Part shown: positions 1-13,015 of the stretch, piece after piece
Numbering within the stretch: position 1 is the first letter of the stretch
Layout of the letters: each line of letters begins with the position of its first letter
Notes under the pieces: generated by a model
The model's input: the letters and a program-made list of their open reading frames with translations, nothing else
Told to the model about the DNA's origin: nothing
Database searches by the model: none
Origin: Phallusia mammillata
Taxonomy: Eukaryota
Direction of reading: 5' to 3'
Length of the DNA: 64,000 nucleotides
Assembly: GCA_965637545.1 (NCBI GenBank)
Contig: OZ281499.1
Span: 16,244,001 to 16,308,000 of the forward strand
Position numbers and translations under genes: made by a program

Positions 1-1147
1 TTCTACGGTCTGTTACGATCGCATAATTTATTTGCTTGGAAAATGACAAAATAGTTTGTTTTATTTATGTTTACGTTTTTATAATGTTTTCAATCAAGCT
101 GTTTAATATTGGATTTGAACACAAGGGCATTTGTGATTCTTTGCCATTTTCCTTACGATTGCATTTTTGTTTTCCAGTACGAAGTGATTACTTTCTTGTC
201 AAGCTGTGCCGCCGTTGCAAGCACTTTTGCAGTAAAGGAGGATGGTCTTTCTTTCTCTCCTAACTTCACTAACAGCCTTCTGTCATCACTGCACTTGTTT
301 TTACCAATTTAAAGTTCCTCTTGAAAAATCTACATATTTGCCCAAGCATTTTGCGCCTAAACCCTGTTTCAAATCACTACAAAAATATTCAAAAGTGTTT
401 AAGTGTACATTGCTGTGTATATATATTTGACTGTTTGAGCTCGTTATACAAATATCCGCCTATTTCAACTTTGGCCCCTGCATGAACGCTCCTTGTACAT
501 TCGACAGCCATTTGTGCCACAGTCTTGTACAATAGAAAGTAGTATGCCTGCATAAAACGGCATAGTCTTTAAAATCAAAATTGCTATGTTTATAAACCTA
601 TTTACGTTTTATTGTAAACAGTAAAAAAAATGTCCCACTTATTTAAAGTTTGACTCAGCGCACTTTGCTTAACTCTCGATATTATTCACCCCAAAGTTAC
701 AAAATATGAATAAAGCTCGTTTTGAAAAGAAAATGTGTAAATCGATTTCGACTTTTCTTCTGCCGTTTTACCAAATCGTTTCTTGTCAATAAAATATTTG
801 CTTTAGTCGTCTGTGAAAAGAATAACTGTCAAGAAAAAGTTCGACAATATAGTTACATATTTAAAATCTAGCACATGACAAAAATATACCCACAAAAATA
901 TGCAGGTATTTACCAAACGCAATGATGGTTGAACAAGCTGACTTGCTTGTCCAAACTTGGCAAGTTAGAGGTTAGGAATTAGCGTGGAAGGCGTCAGGCT
1001 TATTGTGCCATCAGCCTGTGAACTCAGTTGAAAGGTTGTGGTAGTTTTGACATTCCTCAACCTTTGCCGGTTGTAGAAGACGGTAAATTGTGTTTTGGTA
1101 GATTGACGTCATCAGCGACCAGCGCCTTGTTAAAGGTCAAGCTAGTT

Positions 1148-2070
1148 CAGTGGTTCTTAACCTTTTTATAACGGCCGAACCCCTACGATATTCTTCAGCC
1201 TTCGGTCGAACCCCAAAGTTACATACCAGGTTTTTAACCCATTTTGTTTGGTTGGTCATAATTAGTTTTTGTTCACACATAGTGGCAACAGTTACTGTTT
1301 GTAATTTTGTTAAATTCTGACATCATAACTTGGCAACTTTTTTCATGATTGCTTTAATTCCGGTAGTTTTTAGTTTTTACCAAAATTAAGCATTTTAGCA
1401 TCTGTGCACAAACATGAAAAAGATGAAGTAATAAGTTTTTGCTGCCAAAAAAATTTCGTTGTGTTTCTCCTTCGAACAATGCTCTTTGTTACGTCAAAAA
1501 AAGAAAATGAAACCTTAGTGCAGGGGTGCAGAACCATTTTGCTGGGACGGCCGCATCGGCAGATTCTTATTTCACCAACGGCCGCCATTTACCTGCTTGT
1601 TTTTGTTTTAAAATACGTGGTTTATATCATTTATTTACCATCTAATAGCGCCCAAAAAGCCCAGAATAATTTCTAGCTCGGTGCATAGATTGAGCTGCAC
1701 AGTGTGAAGATCAATCTTAAGTATTTACGATGTCATAATCTATATTGTGATGCTTGTGGTACCTGTTTTGTTCGCATTGTTGGCACACAATAGGCGTACA
1801 AAAAGTCATGGCTGGTAATACATGGCTGGTAATACTCTTTTTAGTACCACAAAAATATTTAGAGCAGTTTAAAACACTCCTGCCTAAGTTTAATATTCCA
1901 CTGTTTTGATATTGAGCGAATACAAATTGCCGTTTTAAGCGACTATAGACCCTAAAGTTTGACAAAAACGAGTATTTGTATTGTACTTCAAAAAGACCTT
2001 CGTCGAACCCCTGATTCGGCGATGTCGAACCCCTGATTCGGCGATGTCGAACCCCGGTTAAGAACCACTG
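1148..2070. mobile_element. Non-autonomous hAT (Charlie/Buster-like) DNA transposon, 923 bp
   Basis: Perfect 15-bp TIRs CAGTGGTTCTTAACC (1148-1162) and GGTTAAGAACCACTG (2056-2070). Perfect 8-bp TSD AGCTAGTT (1140-1147, 2071-2078) with central TA. Subterminal CGAACCCC motifs at both ends. No transposase ORF. Confidence 0.95.
2002..2055 (+). repeat. Subterminal tandem repeat of the hAT element (22-bp unit x2.5)
   Basis: GTCGAACCCCTGATTCGGCGAT at 2002-2023 and 2024-2045, then GTCGAACCCC at 2046-2055. A separate 14-bp tandem duplication CATGGCTGGTAATA lies at 1807-1834 inside the same element. Confidence 0.9.
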
Positions 2071-2759
2071 AGCTAGTTAAACGTCATTTTGGCATAAAAA
2101 AGACAAACATAGCTTCAGGAAATTTGTTTTATATCTTTTCTTCAAAGCTAGGAGGGGTAAAATGTAGATACCAACAAACAGCACGTTTAAAGGCATTTTC
2201 GCAAATTTACAAACAAGCGTATTTACTAAATTGTGACCCTAATAGTTTGTAACCAAACAAAATCTTCAAAAAATTAATGTGCAGAAATCCTACTGAATCT
2301 TGCTCCAGAGCGTCATCTTGTGACGACATAGTTTCCAGTTGCTGTGAATGACTAGTTCTGTCATGTAATGCCGATGAATAATGGCACGTAATAATTATTA
2401 CCATTAAAGTGTATTTTCACTCGCATCAAACAAACATTAACCGTATTCCATTTAATGTGTTGAAACTAGCCATTTAAACTTATGATGCAATTCGATGTAT
2501 CGATGTTCTTAACCCCCTTTTCCGTGTGATATCGACAAGGTGGCATCAAACCAAAACTGTAAATGATTTCTTTAGACAAAGGTTTACTTTGTGCCTGCAA
2601 AACACTGTTGGAGGCACAAAAGGAAAATTGGCTGTTTGTTCTGATCAACAGTGCCTGACAATCGTGCAAATTATTCTGAAAGCAATATTCTGAAAGCTGT
2701 CCTAGATAGCAGCTGTTGAATTGAAGCTGATAGCTCCTACAGTGTAGCGGCTGTATCAC

Positions 2760-2933
2760 TAGTGGTGGGATTCAGCCGGCACCGGTTCTATAGAACCGTC
2801 TCACGACAGTTTATGAGATCAGCGAACCGTTTAGCATTACTGATTACTGTATATGGCTTTTTGTAATAGAACAGGCTGAAAAATATGACTTTTGTGATAG
2901 AACCGGCTGACAAAAATTGGAATCCCACCACCG
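2760..2933. mobile_element. Short hAT-like MITE, 174 bp
   Basis: TIRs TAGTGGTGGGATTC and GAATCCCACCACCG (consensus CAGTGGTGGGATTC, one mismatch each); internal (GA)ACCGG motifs. TSD not immediately flanking: AGTGTAGC follows at 2934-2941 but its copy is 11 bp upstream of the element (2741-2748). Confidence 0.7.
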
Positions 2934-3748
2934 AGTGTAGCTTAGAATTCGGTCTGTGTGTTTGTCAGTGAGCTACAGGAGTTTTACAACTTTCCTGTTC
3001 CTTCAAGGCTCAACTTAAATATTTCGCTTTATTTGGAACACCACTATGACATCAGGTAATCAATTTCCGTTTTTGTAGACAAATTGCCACAACTTATTTT
3101 AATTGACCATGACAGAGTATATATATTTTTTATTTCCATCCTACCCTTTTAATTGTTTTCTTTGCCACAAAGACATGATAGCCGTAAATAAAAGCAAAAC
3201 ATTACCCATAGTTACGTCACAGATGCCACATTGTGCAAAAATCGAATGCGTTGTGTCTACAATGTATTAGTCCCACAGTAGGCTACAGTTCAGTTAGGTT
3301 TTGGCTGCAGAGTTTGAAGTTAAATAGCAGTCAAGCAGCTTTTTGTTCAAAAATTAAGTCATTTTTCAAACGCGTTATGTGATAGATGTGACTGTTAAAT
3401 GCTGATAGAAAATAAAAGGTAAGTAACTCTAGTTTTGGAAAGTTACAAACCCATTTATACGCGATGTTTAAGTTTAAGAATTTTTCGAATCTTTTGAAGT
3501 TTTTGACATAGGTTGATGGCTGATGAATTCTAATCTTATTTATTGTCTGATTAATGGCTAACTTGTTAAAATAAAAAACAAACAAACTATGTTTTAGGTT
3601 GTTGTAAGAAATACAGTTTATGTTTATTTGCTTCTTTAAGACAATTCATATTTACCTGTTTGCATGACAAACACTGAACGTTCGTAAGCGCATTTTTGTA
3701 GTTTTTTTTTATCAAAATCTGCGCTTTAGTTCTGTCTAGCGTCAAGGA

Positions 3749-3965
3749 CAGTGATTCTCAAACGCGGCTCTCAGGGCCGCATGCGGCTCCCAACTACTTA
3801 TTTTGCGGCTCCCACCAAACCCCGGAAAACCACCAAATATTGCTATTTTAGCTTTCAAGGTAATAATCTTTAGTGACTTTCTGAAGGTTTCGTTTTTTTT
3901 GCGGCTCCTTACACACTTAAAAAATACCATTTGGCCCCGACAATGAAAAAGTTTGAGAACCACTG
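3749..3965. mobile_element. hAT MITE, 217 bp
   Basis: TIRs CAGTGATTCTCAAAC and GTTTGAGAACCACTG (14/15). TSD GTCAAGGA (3741-3748) / GTCAAGGG (3966-3973), 7/8. Repeated internal GCGGCTC motifs. Confidence 0.9.
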
Positions 3966-6555
3966 GTCAAGGGTGTTTTTGTGCTGCTAGGTGGCGCTAA
4001 CGGTCAGTAAACCATTTTCATTTTTTGATGGTAAATGTCTTATTACCAGTTATCGGTATTTTAGGCAAAAAAAAAATACGTGGAACAAACATTCGGAACT
4101 TTTGTTGATTTAGCTTGTGTCGCCTAACTTTAGTCACGTGACCTATGGCGGCATTATACTCAGCATGTTTTTCAACTTTTAGTCACAAATTTCCAAACTC
4201 CAAGATGTTTTTGTAGTTTGTTAAAATTGCATGGTCTGTTAGTTTTTGTCGGTTTCTTGGTTTGTTGCATTCGCCGGATATAAATATATTGCTATTTTGA
4301 AATTCAATTTAGAAATAAAATCCATCGATAATGGCATTGTAAAATAAGGCTCGAACCGCGTATCATGTGTATACTTGTGTTCACTAGCAACTCATCGACA
4401 GTGGATTTGAATCCGGTAACGCGACTCTAGAACATACGTAAGTGATTAAACATACTTAATCACAATGATTGACAGCATTTATTGCTATTGTCGAGTGTTG
4501 TGATTCAATTTCAATCTTGTCGACACTCCAATGTTAAGTGCAGCATTGAGAGTTGTTGTCTCTCACCGGTTCATCTTTATCTGTGTTGGACCAAAGTTGA
4601 GTTGAGTTTATTTAAAGCTAAATTGCTTGTTTTCATGTAAATTTGGCCGCTTATTTTTTATGTAAACGTAAATTATTACGCTCAAATGTTAGAACCCAAA
4701 AGTTTTATTCGATTTGGCCTATCAAATTTGCGTTAAAGCCCAGCAGTTTGTAAAAATCAGACAATTCATGTGTTTTTCACTATATATACCTGCTGTATTA
4801 TTTTGGACACAAACTGGCATCCAGGAGGCTCTATCGCGTAACAATGGATTGGACTACTTCTTTTATTTATACTTTGTGTAGGACGTGTAAACTTATTTTG
4901 CAATAGTGTTGGTTGCGAATTCATTGCACGATACGCGCGGTTTTAACCACAGTCATGTCAAAACAATTCACGAAAATTGGCTTTTCTAAACGTAAGGATT
5001 TTTTTTAGTACAGCTTCGTTTATAGTAAACACCAAGCTGCGTGTTTTTTGATAAAATGGTGACATTTGACCTTGAGATGCGTGTGTTTGTTTTCGCGCAC
5101 ATCATACACGTGTTCGGCCAAACGGAAGGCGCTGGGAACCGTGTCAACAGATTAAGGGAGAAGTTGTTCTGTTTTCCTTCGAGCTCCATTGAGGCCTGTT
5201 CACAATAACCCAATTTACTGTTCCGCTCACGTACCAATACTGAAGGGCCCTCGTCATTGGTTCGCAACATAACATCTGCACCTGCTCACTAAAACTGTTA
5301 TCAAAATTCAAGTGATTGTATCCGTACGCTCTTGCGCAGCACAATATGCCCTGGTTACGATGAAAAGTTGGACATCAGTGCAAGTAAAGTGCCATCGAAA
5401 GCGCCTGTTCCCCTTTGGTGACTACCTGTCATTTGGTGTTTGATATTGTTACCAAAAGCACTCGTCCCTTTGTCGGTTTGCTACTGAGATAAACGCGCGT
5501 TTTGGGTGCTTGAAAAGATCCTCATCGCCTGGTTATGTAACGTGGCTGGTAATTGAAATTATTGAAGGTAAACACGCTAGCACATCCTTGTTATATTGAT
5601 GGTGCTCGTCGTGATTTTGTAATTTTCCGTCACAGAAGTTTTGTAGCGCATCTGTTCGATCAAGGGCTGAAGTACTGGTTGAAATGGTTTTGTAAATGCA
5701 AGTGTTCATCTGTGATTAGTTTTTGTGATTACCCCTCATGTTTTGTAATTGGGACAGATAGAAACTCATTGAATTTACATCGAATGTATTTTATTCGGTT
5801 TGTTTAAAAAATACTTTTTAAACCACGTAAGGGTTATGCGCATAACCCAGATCATGAACAAAATAATTAACGATATGCCATTTGTAATTTCCTGAGTAAA
5901 AAAATGAATAATAAGTGTAATTTCCCTGCTTAAAAAAATTGAGTATATGTTGTTTGAAAATACAACGAAGTCTCATAATGTTGGAAACAACAGTTTTGTG
6001 CGTAAACTTATGGCTGTCTTAACCGTTGATCATCTTCCATTGGAGATTTCCAGCGGTACCTTACTCCACCCCTCTTGTTGACACCGCCATATAGGAGCTT
6101 GTCATGGAAACTTTACATACGTTCTACCCTGTAAAAGGCATCAATAGAGAATAACACCATGCGTGGGGTGTAGCGTCTTGTTGACGAGTAGGTTGTCTGA
6201 GTCCCATTTGCATAGATCTTACCGATTTAGATCCAATAGATGCGCAAGGAAACGAGGTGATTGGTTCTAGACTTAATGCCCCCGTAAAGGTGCCCAACAC
6301 AGCAACCGATCGGTTATTTATATCGTTAGATGCAACCAATTTTTCCGACTAAGTGCGTGTTTTGGTAAATCAGGTGTTGATCTATGGTAAGTCATACAGG
6401 CATGTTTTGTGGGATGCGTCTTAGGTATGCGGGAGTAACAAACAACTCCGCCTACAAACGCGCGTGCATTTAAATCGGTCCTGCTGTTTTGAACGTGTAT
6501 CCTGTGGTTTCTGAGTTTCTAACAATGCAAGAATGTGGCGCTCACTCGTTTAGAC

Positions 6556-7120
6556 CAGGGGCGGGCAACATACGGCCCGCGACGTGATTTTGTGCGGCCC
6601 GCAGACAGTTTCTGGTCTTACATGATAATGTGGCCCGCGGCCACAGTCTGCCGCAATCCCCCACTACTTGCTTACTACGTCAAATTATAGTTGCAACGGA
6701 CAGTAATGCTCCCCAATAGCAACAAACTTTCCCACCGTTGTTACCATTGCACCACACGTCCATTGTTACGACATAACTGCCAACCTTGTGTTTGGCCTGC
6801 TTTCACGGTTTCCTTTGTTTTCACACGTGTAGCCTAGTTGGTGCTTCAGCAGTATCTAAGTCGGTGGTGTATGAATTAAATTTGCTGTGGTGAATAAATT
6901 TATGTTATATCAGTTAGATTGTTTGGACTGTATTGTAATTGTGACGTACTTGATTGTATTTGGTTTAGGAAAGTTTCCCCACCTCTGGTTTAGGTGGTCA
7001 AAAATCCATTTTAAATCACTGGATAAAAACGCGATTAATGTATCGATTCAGGAATCCGGCCCGCCAAGTACTTCATTTTCCCATATCAGGCCCGCCGACT
7101 GGAGAAGTTGCCCGCCCCTG
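6556..7120. mobile_element. Non-autonomous hAT (Charlie-like) element, 565 bp
   Basis: Perfect 14-bp TIRs CAGGGGCGGGCAAC and GTTGCCCGCCCCTG. Perfect TSD GTTTAGAC (6548-6555, 7121-7128). Subterminal GGCCCGC repeats at both ends. Confidence 0.95.
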
Positions 7121-9890
7121 GTTTAGACCGTTCAAATATTTTTGAAAGACCTGGACAAACGCCTGATCAACAGTGCCCTGGGTTCAACATTTAGTTGAAG
7201 TAGGCAAGGGCTTTAACGCTTTTCCTAAACCCTTCCTACAACCACTCAACGAAAAATATACTAAAACAATACTGGTAACTCTTCATCAACACGTGCTTCC
7301 GTGGAAGTCCACGTTAAATGTGGTTGGCGTCTAGTTTACCCGAGCGGCTCACTTGTTTATCTTTAAATCTATTACAATCCATTGTGTCCTCATTTGCACC
7401 ACAAAAAAACAAGATAGATTGAATTACGCTGCTAAGTACACCATACTGACACACGAACGTGCTTTATAGTGGTACGACGCCTGCAGTGACATTTCCGTGA
7501 ATTATGGAAGCAATTGTCACTTGAAACTTTCATCCAAGTTGCGGAACATGCGGCGGGTTGGCAATAAATCGCCGCCTGATTTATCTGTAAAACTTGGCCG
7601 CACTCAAGCCCGTCGCAATCACGCTTCCTAAGTGCAACAGTTTTTCCACGAAGAATTCAGCAAACTTTGTGAGGAAAGTTTTTACACCAGAAGGTGGTTT
7701 TTCCTTTTTGCCTGGGGAAAAGTGCGCTTCCTCGATAGGATGTGCGTTCGCGCTTTTGACTAAAATTACATGGGCATATTTTCAACCGTTTTTGTTGTTC
7801 AATTTTGTTAGACAAAGCCTAGATATTTCGTGTTTTTTTAAAAAAACAAACAACAAAAACTTGCGGTCAAACAGCACGGTCCCAGTAAATGTCTACAATT
7901 GATATGTGACAAATGCTACAATCGAATAAACCCGAAGCACGTCTAATTGCATTGTAATGTTGCTGTAAAACATATATGTTGCGTAACAATACCACTAAAT
8001 GCACTTTTTCTGAAAGTTTAACTATTCTCAAGACATTACGCGTAGTATTGCGTTTTGAAACATAATAGCCGAAAATTTTCCCGCAATGAAACTTTCCCAG
8101 TAAAGCTCAACGCTATTGGAAAAAGTTCCCACCCTTATTAGCAAGATCAATTCCGCGCCTGACAGGTCATAGGTGCCCAGTTTCATTTGTTACGCTCATT
8201 ATAAATTGCTTAGCTTGGAAATATTAATCACCAAGTGGACGAGTTTATGTAAATTACCCTTCCTTGATTGTGGAGCAGCCACAACAATGCTCGGTAAATA
8301 AGTGTCATGTGCTTGACAGACAGGGTTGGTATATTAAGGGGGACAAAACTGCTATTTATCTACTAATTTTAAAGCAAGGGATACAGCCAATAACAAACAA
8401 ACGAATTCTTAATTTTACATTAACAAGTGAATTTCTATCTATTTTTAAGTATGAAAACGTAAATTTCAAAGCAAATCAAACTACACAAGGATAAAACCGT
8501 AGCTTTACCCTTTAACATCTGTTTAGAAGTTTTAAATTAAAAGATCCATACATAGATATACTTTGGTGGACCATGATCTATGTAGATCTCATCAAGACTT
8601 ATAAACATCAACATTTATGCCCTCTCCCACAGCTTTTAAAAGTTAGCCCTTTTATTTGATCCAAAACCGGCCCTAGGCGAGGTGCTAGTTTCTCGGTGCG
8701 GCTCTTCAAGAAAATGCCCGAATTGACGTCGGAAATTGGCTTGATTGGTTTTTGAGTGAAACTATAAGCAAAGTGACGATTAATCATGCAATGTGGGCCA
8801 TCGGCTTATGCCTGAAACTACAAAATCGCGCCTGCTATGGTGTTTGGGCACAGGATGTTACTTAATAATTGGCTACCTTGTTGCAAAAAGTGGAAACTAG
8901 AAGCCTAATTGGTTTTCATTTAACGGACTTTTCATCATAACCTTTATTTGTTTAAATCAAGTTTTGTTGCTTGCTCAAACAGCAGTTTGGTGATTTCGAT
9001 CGAGTGACCCAAATTTATCATTCAATCTTTATGATCTATGTTAAGGAACCTTTTTTCCATGTCTCTGCTGTTGTTTGATTATTATTTGCCGAATTAAAAG
9101 ATTGTACCAGAATGCCTTTGTCGTTGAAGCTGATGTTTCCAAACTGATAGATACAAACGTCCGTCTTGAATTTGACAAATAGTGACGTTTTTGGCAGTTT
9201 GTGGTAAATTTGTGAAAATCTTGTTTTGCTTTGCGCAAAATTGCTGTTTCTTATTTTAAAAATAAGGATTGTCGTGCTGCCATGTTGGTGTGTAAAAGAC
9301 AAACTTATCAGCATACAATTTCTTATTCTTGTTGGTTTTTCAACGGAATAGCATATATCAACATTAAAGCGTGTAGGTCCTTCAACTCGGAAACGTACGG
9401 AAGTTGTCATGTACACTGTTTCCATGTTAAAATGACATTTTTGGTATCCAGGTGTCGGCACTCAAAGTTTAATTGTGATTATATGAAGCGTGGGCAAGAA
9501 TCAACACTTGGCAAATTGTTGCTTTTTCAAAGCATGATGGCGGCTGTTAGGATGATCACAAAGACTTAATAAGAGCCTTTGGCCACGTGTCTAAGGGAGA
9601 ATAGTAAGAACGCGTAGGCCTATTGTTTGTACTTTCCGTTCCGTTTGGTTGGATCTATCATGGCAGGGTCTAACCAGGTCCTGTCCCGTGATTTTGCTGC
9701 TACTCGATGTGAACAAAACCAACCGAGACAGTTGAAAACACTTGTTACACAATGTATATAGTTCTGTTGAGTGCGTTCGAATTTGGAATTGCGCAATAAT
9801 TTGTGGTAACCATTAACCAATCTGCTTTGGATTCAGGATTTCTACTATGTTTTTGGTACACAATTCACAATTCACGGCTCTAAATATTCT

Positions 9891-10050
9891 CAGCAAGAAG
9901 ATACAAGCCAATAGCTAAGTTTAAAACAAAACAACGTTTCGACAGTTTATACTGTCATCGTCAACTTGGTGCTGCGCTACAAAAAAACAAATATAGAAAC
10001 TATCAAAACTTTGTGTTACGCTGAGATATTGGCTTGTATCTTTTTTGCTG
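9891..10050. repeat. Imperfect inverted repeat (foldback / decayed MITE)
   Basis: Left arm CAGCAAGAAGATACAAGCCAATA matches the reverse complement of the right arm TATTGGCTTGTATCTTTTTTGCTG; weaker pairing continues inward. Confidence 0.65.
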
Positions 10051-12909
10051 CTAACAAGTTTTGTTGCAAAAATGAGATTCTGTGCAGAATCCGCTGTTGA
10101 TTGTGTTCTGGGAGTTGTTTTTTCATTGCGAATATCTACATTTCTGAAAATTGACCAGGCAAAAAGTGACCAACCTCGTGATTGTGTCCAATGATTTGGT
10201 CAAATCGCCAAGCGGAGTGGAGAAACTGTTACTTGAGCGGTGGCTCAATCTGCCCAACACGGAAATAAGTTAACGCGTGGACCAATCTGTTAGTCCCAGA
10301 CCTCCTCTTAATTTCAGGGAAGTAAGCTTTGAGATGTAAACAATTTCAGTTTTTCTACGGCAGGTAACCCCCTGACACCAACGATAAGCCACCAGCATCT
10401 ACCTTTTTCTATTCAACCAGTTTTTATCATACTTTATTGCAACTTATGTACATGTCCGAACATTTTTAGAGAAAAGAGCAAGTGTTTTGCCTGGTACGTC
10501 GATTGCACCGTGCTCCTGCTGAGATGGCAATGGTTATTTACCATATTATAAAACCTTACATAATGAACTAAAAACGGCCAAGGACCTTATGGTAGTAGGT
10601 TGCAAAAACTTAAAAACATGGGGCTCGATAGGATTTCAACTACAAATCTGGTGACGAGTGCAAAATTCTCAGTGTTTGGCTTTGGAAGGCATGTCCCGAC
10701 GCAATTCACTGATTTATTAGCGAATCGTGAACTTATTATAATCACTTGGACGTGTCAACTGTCTAGCTGCTGAAGCGTTTCGCTCTGTGATGGCACAGTT
10801 GCTAGAAACAAAAGTTGTCACCCTTGGAGTGGAACAACAATTTGGCCTTTCAACGTCGCGTGTAGAACAACATTACATCGTTATGCACGCGTCCAAGTGG
10901 TTGCACTCTGCTCTGTAATCATGTGGCCTTGACAACCGAGCGCCAGGCGCCGGAATGAATCGCTTTCGCTATGCAGTGTATGCATACTGACTGGCAGGGG
11001 GGCTCGTAACTTCAAAGTGCCGCATTCGCTGAATTAGTTGCGCAAGTGCGCAGCAGGTTTGGCACTTGGCAGCACTTCATAATCGTTAAGTGTTGTGATT
11101 TCACTCAGGTTGAGTAACACAAATGTTAATTCTTTGATGAAATTTTAGTTTTACACATTGCTCTCGAGTTTATGCAGTAAATATTTCTGCATTACACTTT
11201 GTTTCGTATTTTTTATTTTGGCAATTGGAACATCATGACCAAATGCTTTCATTCTTGTCCTACGTTGATCGCGTTTGTATATACGTTGAGATTGTTTTTT
11301 GTACAAAACAATTTTTCAAAATCTTTTGCAGTTTGTTATTTTGGCGAATCGAGATCCCACTTGCGCTAAATGCAAGTAAATTTAGGCTCCACCCGCCTCT
11401 CACTGCGTCGTGGGTGGAATTTTGATCCCAGATTGGTTCAGTTTTCTATGAGAGCCCAATCTGAATTGATGGAAGCCAGTATCCGCATTTATACGCCTAA
11501 CGCGGTAACAGAAGGGCTATTTACGGACTTCGGTTCTATTTCTGTCTGTCGTTTTGAAAATATTATCGCACCATACGAGAGAACTTTGTTTGTACGAAAG
11601 TTTTTCACTGTCACTAGTCTTTTTTGAACATGTGAAAAGTGGCTTTCGTGAACATTTTTGCCACAGGTTTAAGTATTTTTGCACATTTATTTTTTCGCAC
11701 ATGGTAAGTCAAGTTGTTACCTAAAGTTTAGTAGCGTGTCAATTTTTTCCTAGTTTTGTCAAACAAACTTAAAACCGGATTTCAATAAGCTTAAAAACGC
11801 TCGATACGAATTTCAACTGAACTAAAAAATCGTTTCCGATCCCAAAAAGACAAATTCAGTGTTTTGATAGGAGTAATATTAAGTACTCAACCATTCTCAG
11901 TAAATAGACGCAAAAATTGAGAACAACAAAAAAAACGACAACACAGGACAGATATAGAATCTGCGTATAATAATAAACAAACGTAACAACACATAAACTT
12001 TTTCAACACAGAAAAAAATGGTCACTTTCAAACAAACACAACAAATGCGATTCATAAGGGCCAATATATTGCGCTATACAGTGGAGCCCCTTGACATGTA
12101 TAAGATTTTGCTGTTATGTCCCCTAAACTTTTAAAGGACGAAAAGCATAAATAGGAATAATAAGTAATTGTTACATTTGTTACTTTACGATCAATGAGAT
12201 TGATATGGTTTTTGATACATTTGGTTGCAGTTGAGGCTTTGCAGGAGTGCTCCTTGCATGTACATGATCAAGTAAATGATAAGAACTGTATTGCGATGAT
12301 TTGCACGTAAAATGGCGGACAGTTGAGAATCCGACGTGTTGACAGCGGTGACATGGTTTGTTGCTTCAGGAAAGTCGCCGTCTGATTTTACACACCTGCA
12401 TTTGATAAAAAAAACATGTGTTAAATGTTTGTCACCGAAAACGGGATGTGAAAACAACTTTATCATGAATGACGGGAAATGTGCGACTTTTTTGTGCCTT
12501 TGTAAAACTGCTAAAGTTCTGCTCGGGCCTAAACGCCATAAACCGTAAAATTATTTATTTAACTGTTAACAAATAAAACAAGGCGGGGATTTCATTAAGA
12601 AAATGACCTGGTGTTAAGCTTAGGGTGAAAGTGGGTTTAAATCAATCACGATTAGGCGCTGACATAATAGGGGGTTGTGAGGCGATGATGCGATTCACGT
12701 GACCCCACAAGTCGATTCTTGCATTGTGACGTCACTCGAGGCTTGCCCCTGCATCCGCCGGACTTTCGCGAATTCGCTGGTCGCGGGCATGCACGTAAAT
12801 TTTTCGGTCGATTGTTGTTGGCGGGGTCGAGTAGCACAGTGGAAACGGTTCTCAGTAAAAGAAAGCGACTTACCGTTTCGGTGACTTTTGTTGTTGGAGA
12901 AAGACGACT

Positions 12910-13015
12910 TTAGTACCACAGTCCAGGCACGCTTGTGATGTGGCCGAAAGGTCGGGGAGGAACTCCAGCGCTGCTTGTGCACATTACGGACTTCACGTTG
13001 CACGAAAATTCGCTA
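12910..13015 (-). CDS. PRDM1: Putative PRDM1-like terminal coding exon ([34 protein letters not shown])
   Basis: Strong acceptor GTTTTTTCTTTACAG in phase 2. The peptide is not a zinc finger. Alternative acceptors at 13657 and near 12400 cannot be excluded. Confidence 0.45.

Noticed and set aside
151-312. Both-strand open frames near the window start (minus: …LVKLGEKERPSSFTAKVLATAAQLDKKVITSYWKTKMQS)
   Set aside because: No convincing acceptor or ATG on the minus strand, no donor on the plus strand, and no recognisable family.
4389-4438. Plus-strand exon-like segment QLIDSGFESGNATLEH with a GTAAGT donor
   Set aside because: No compatible neighbouring exons found.
9620-9820. QNYIH peptide resembling Blimp1 ZF5 (KNYIH)
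   Set aside because: Lacks the Cys pair and His spacing, has no usable splice sites, and is best explained as a chance match.
10585-10610. let-7 miRNA gene
   Set aside because: Seed positions differ (ATGGTAG versus GAGGTAG) and there is no complementary arm for a hairpin; kept only as a possible target site.
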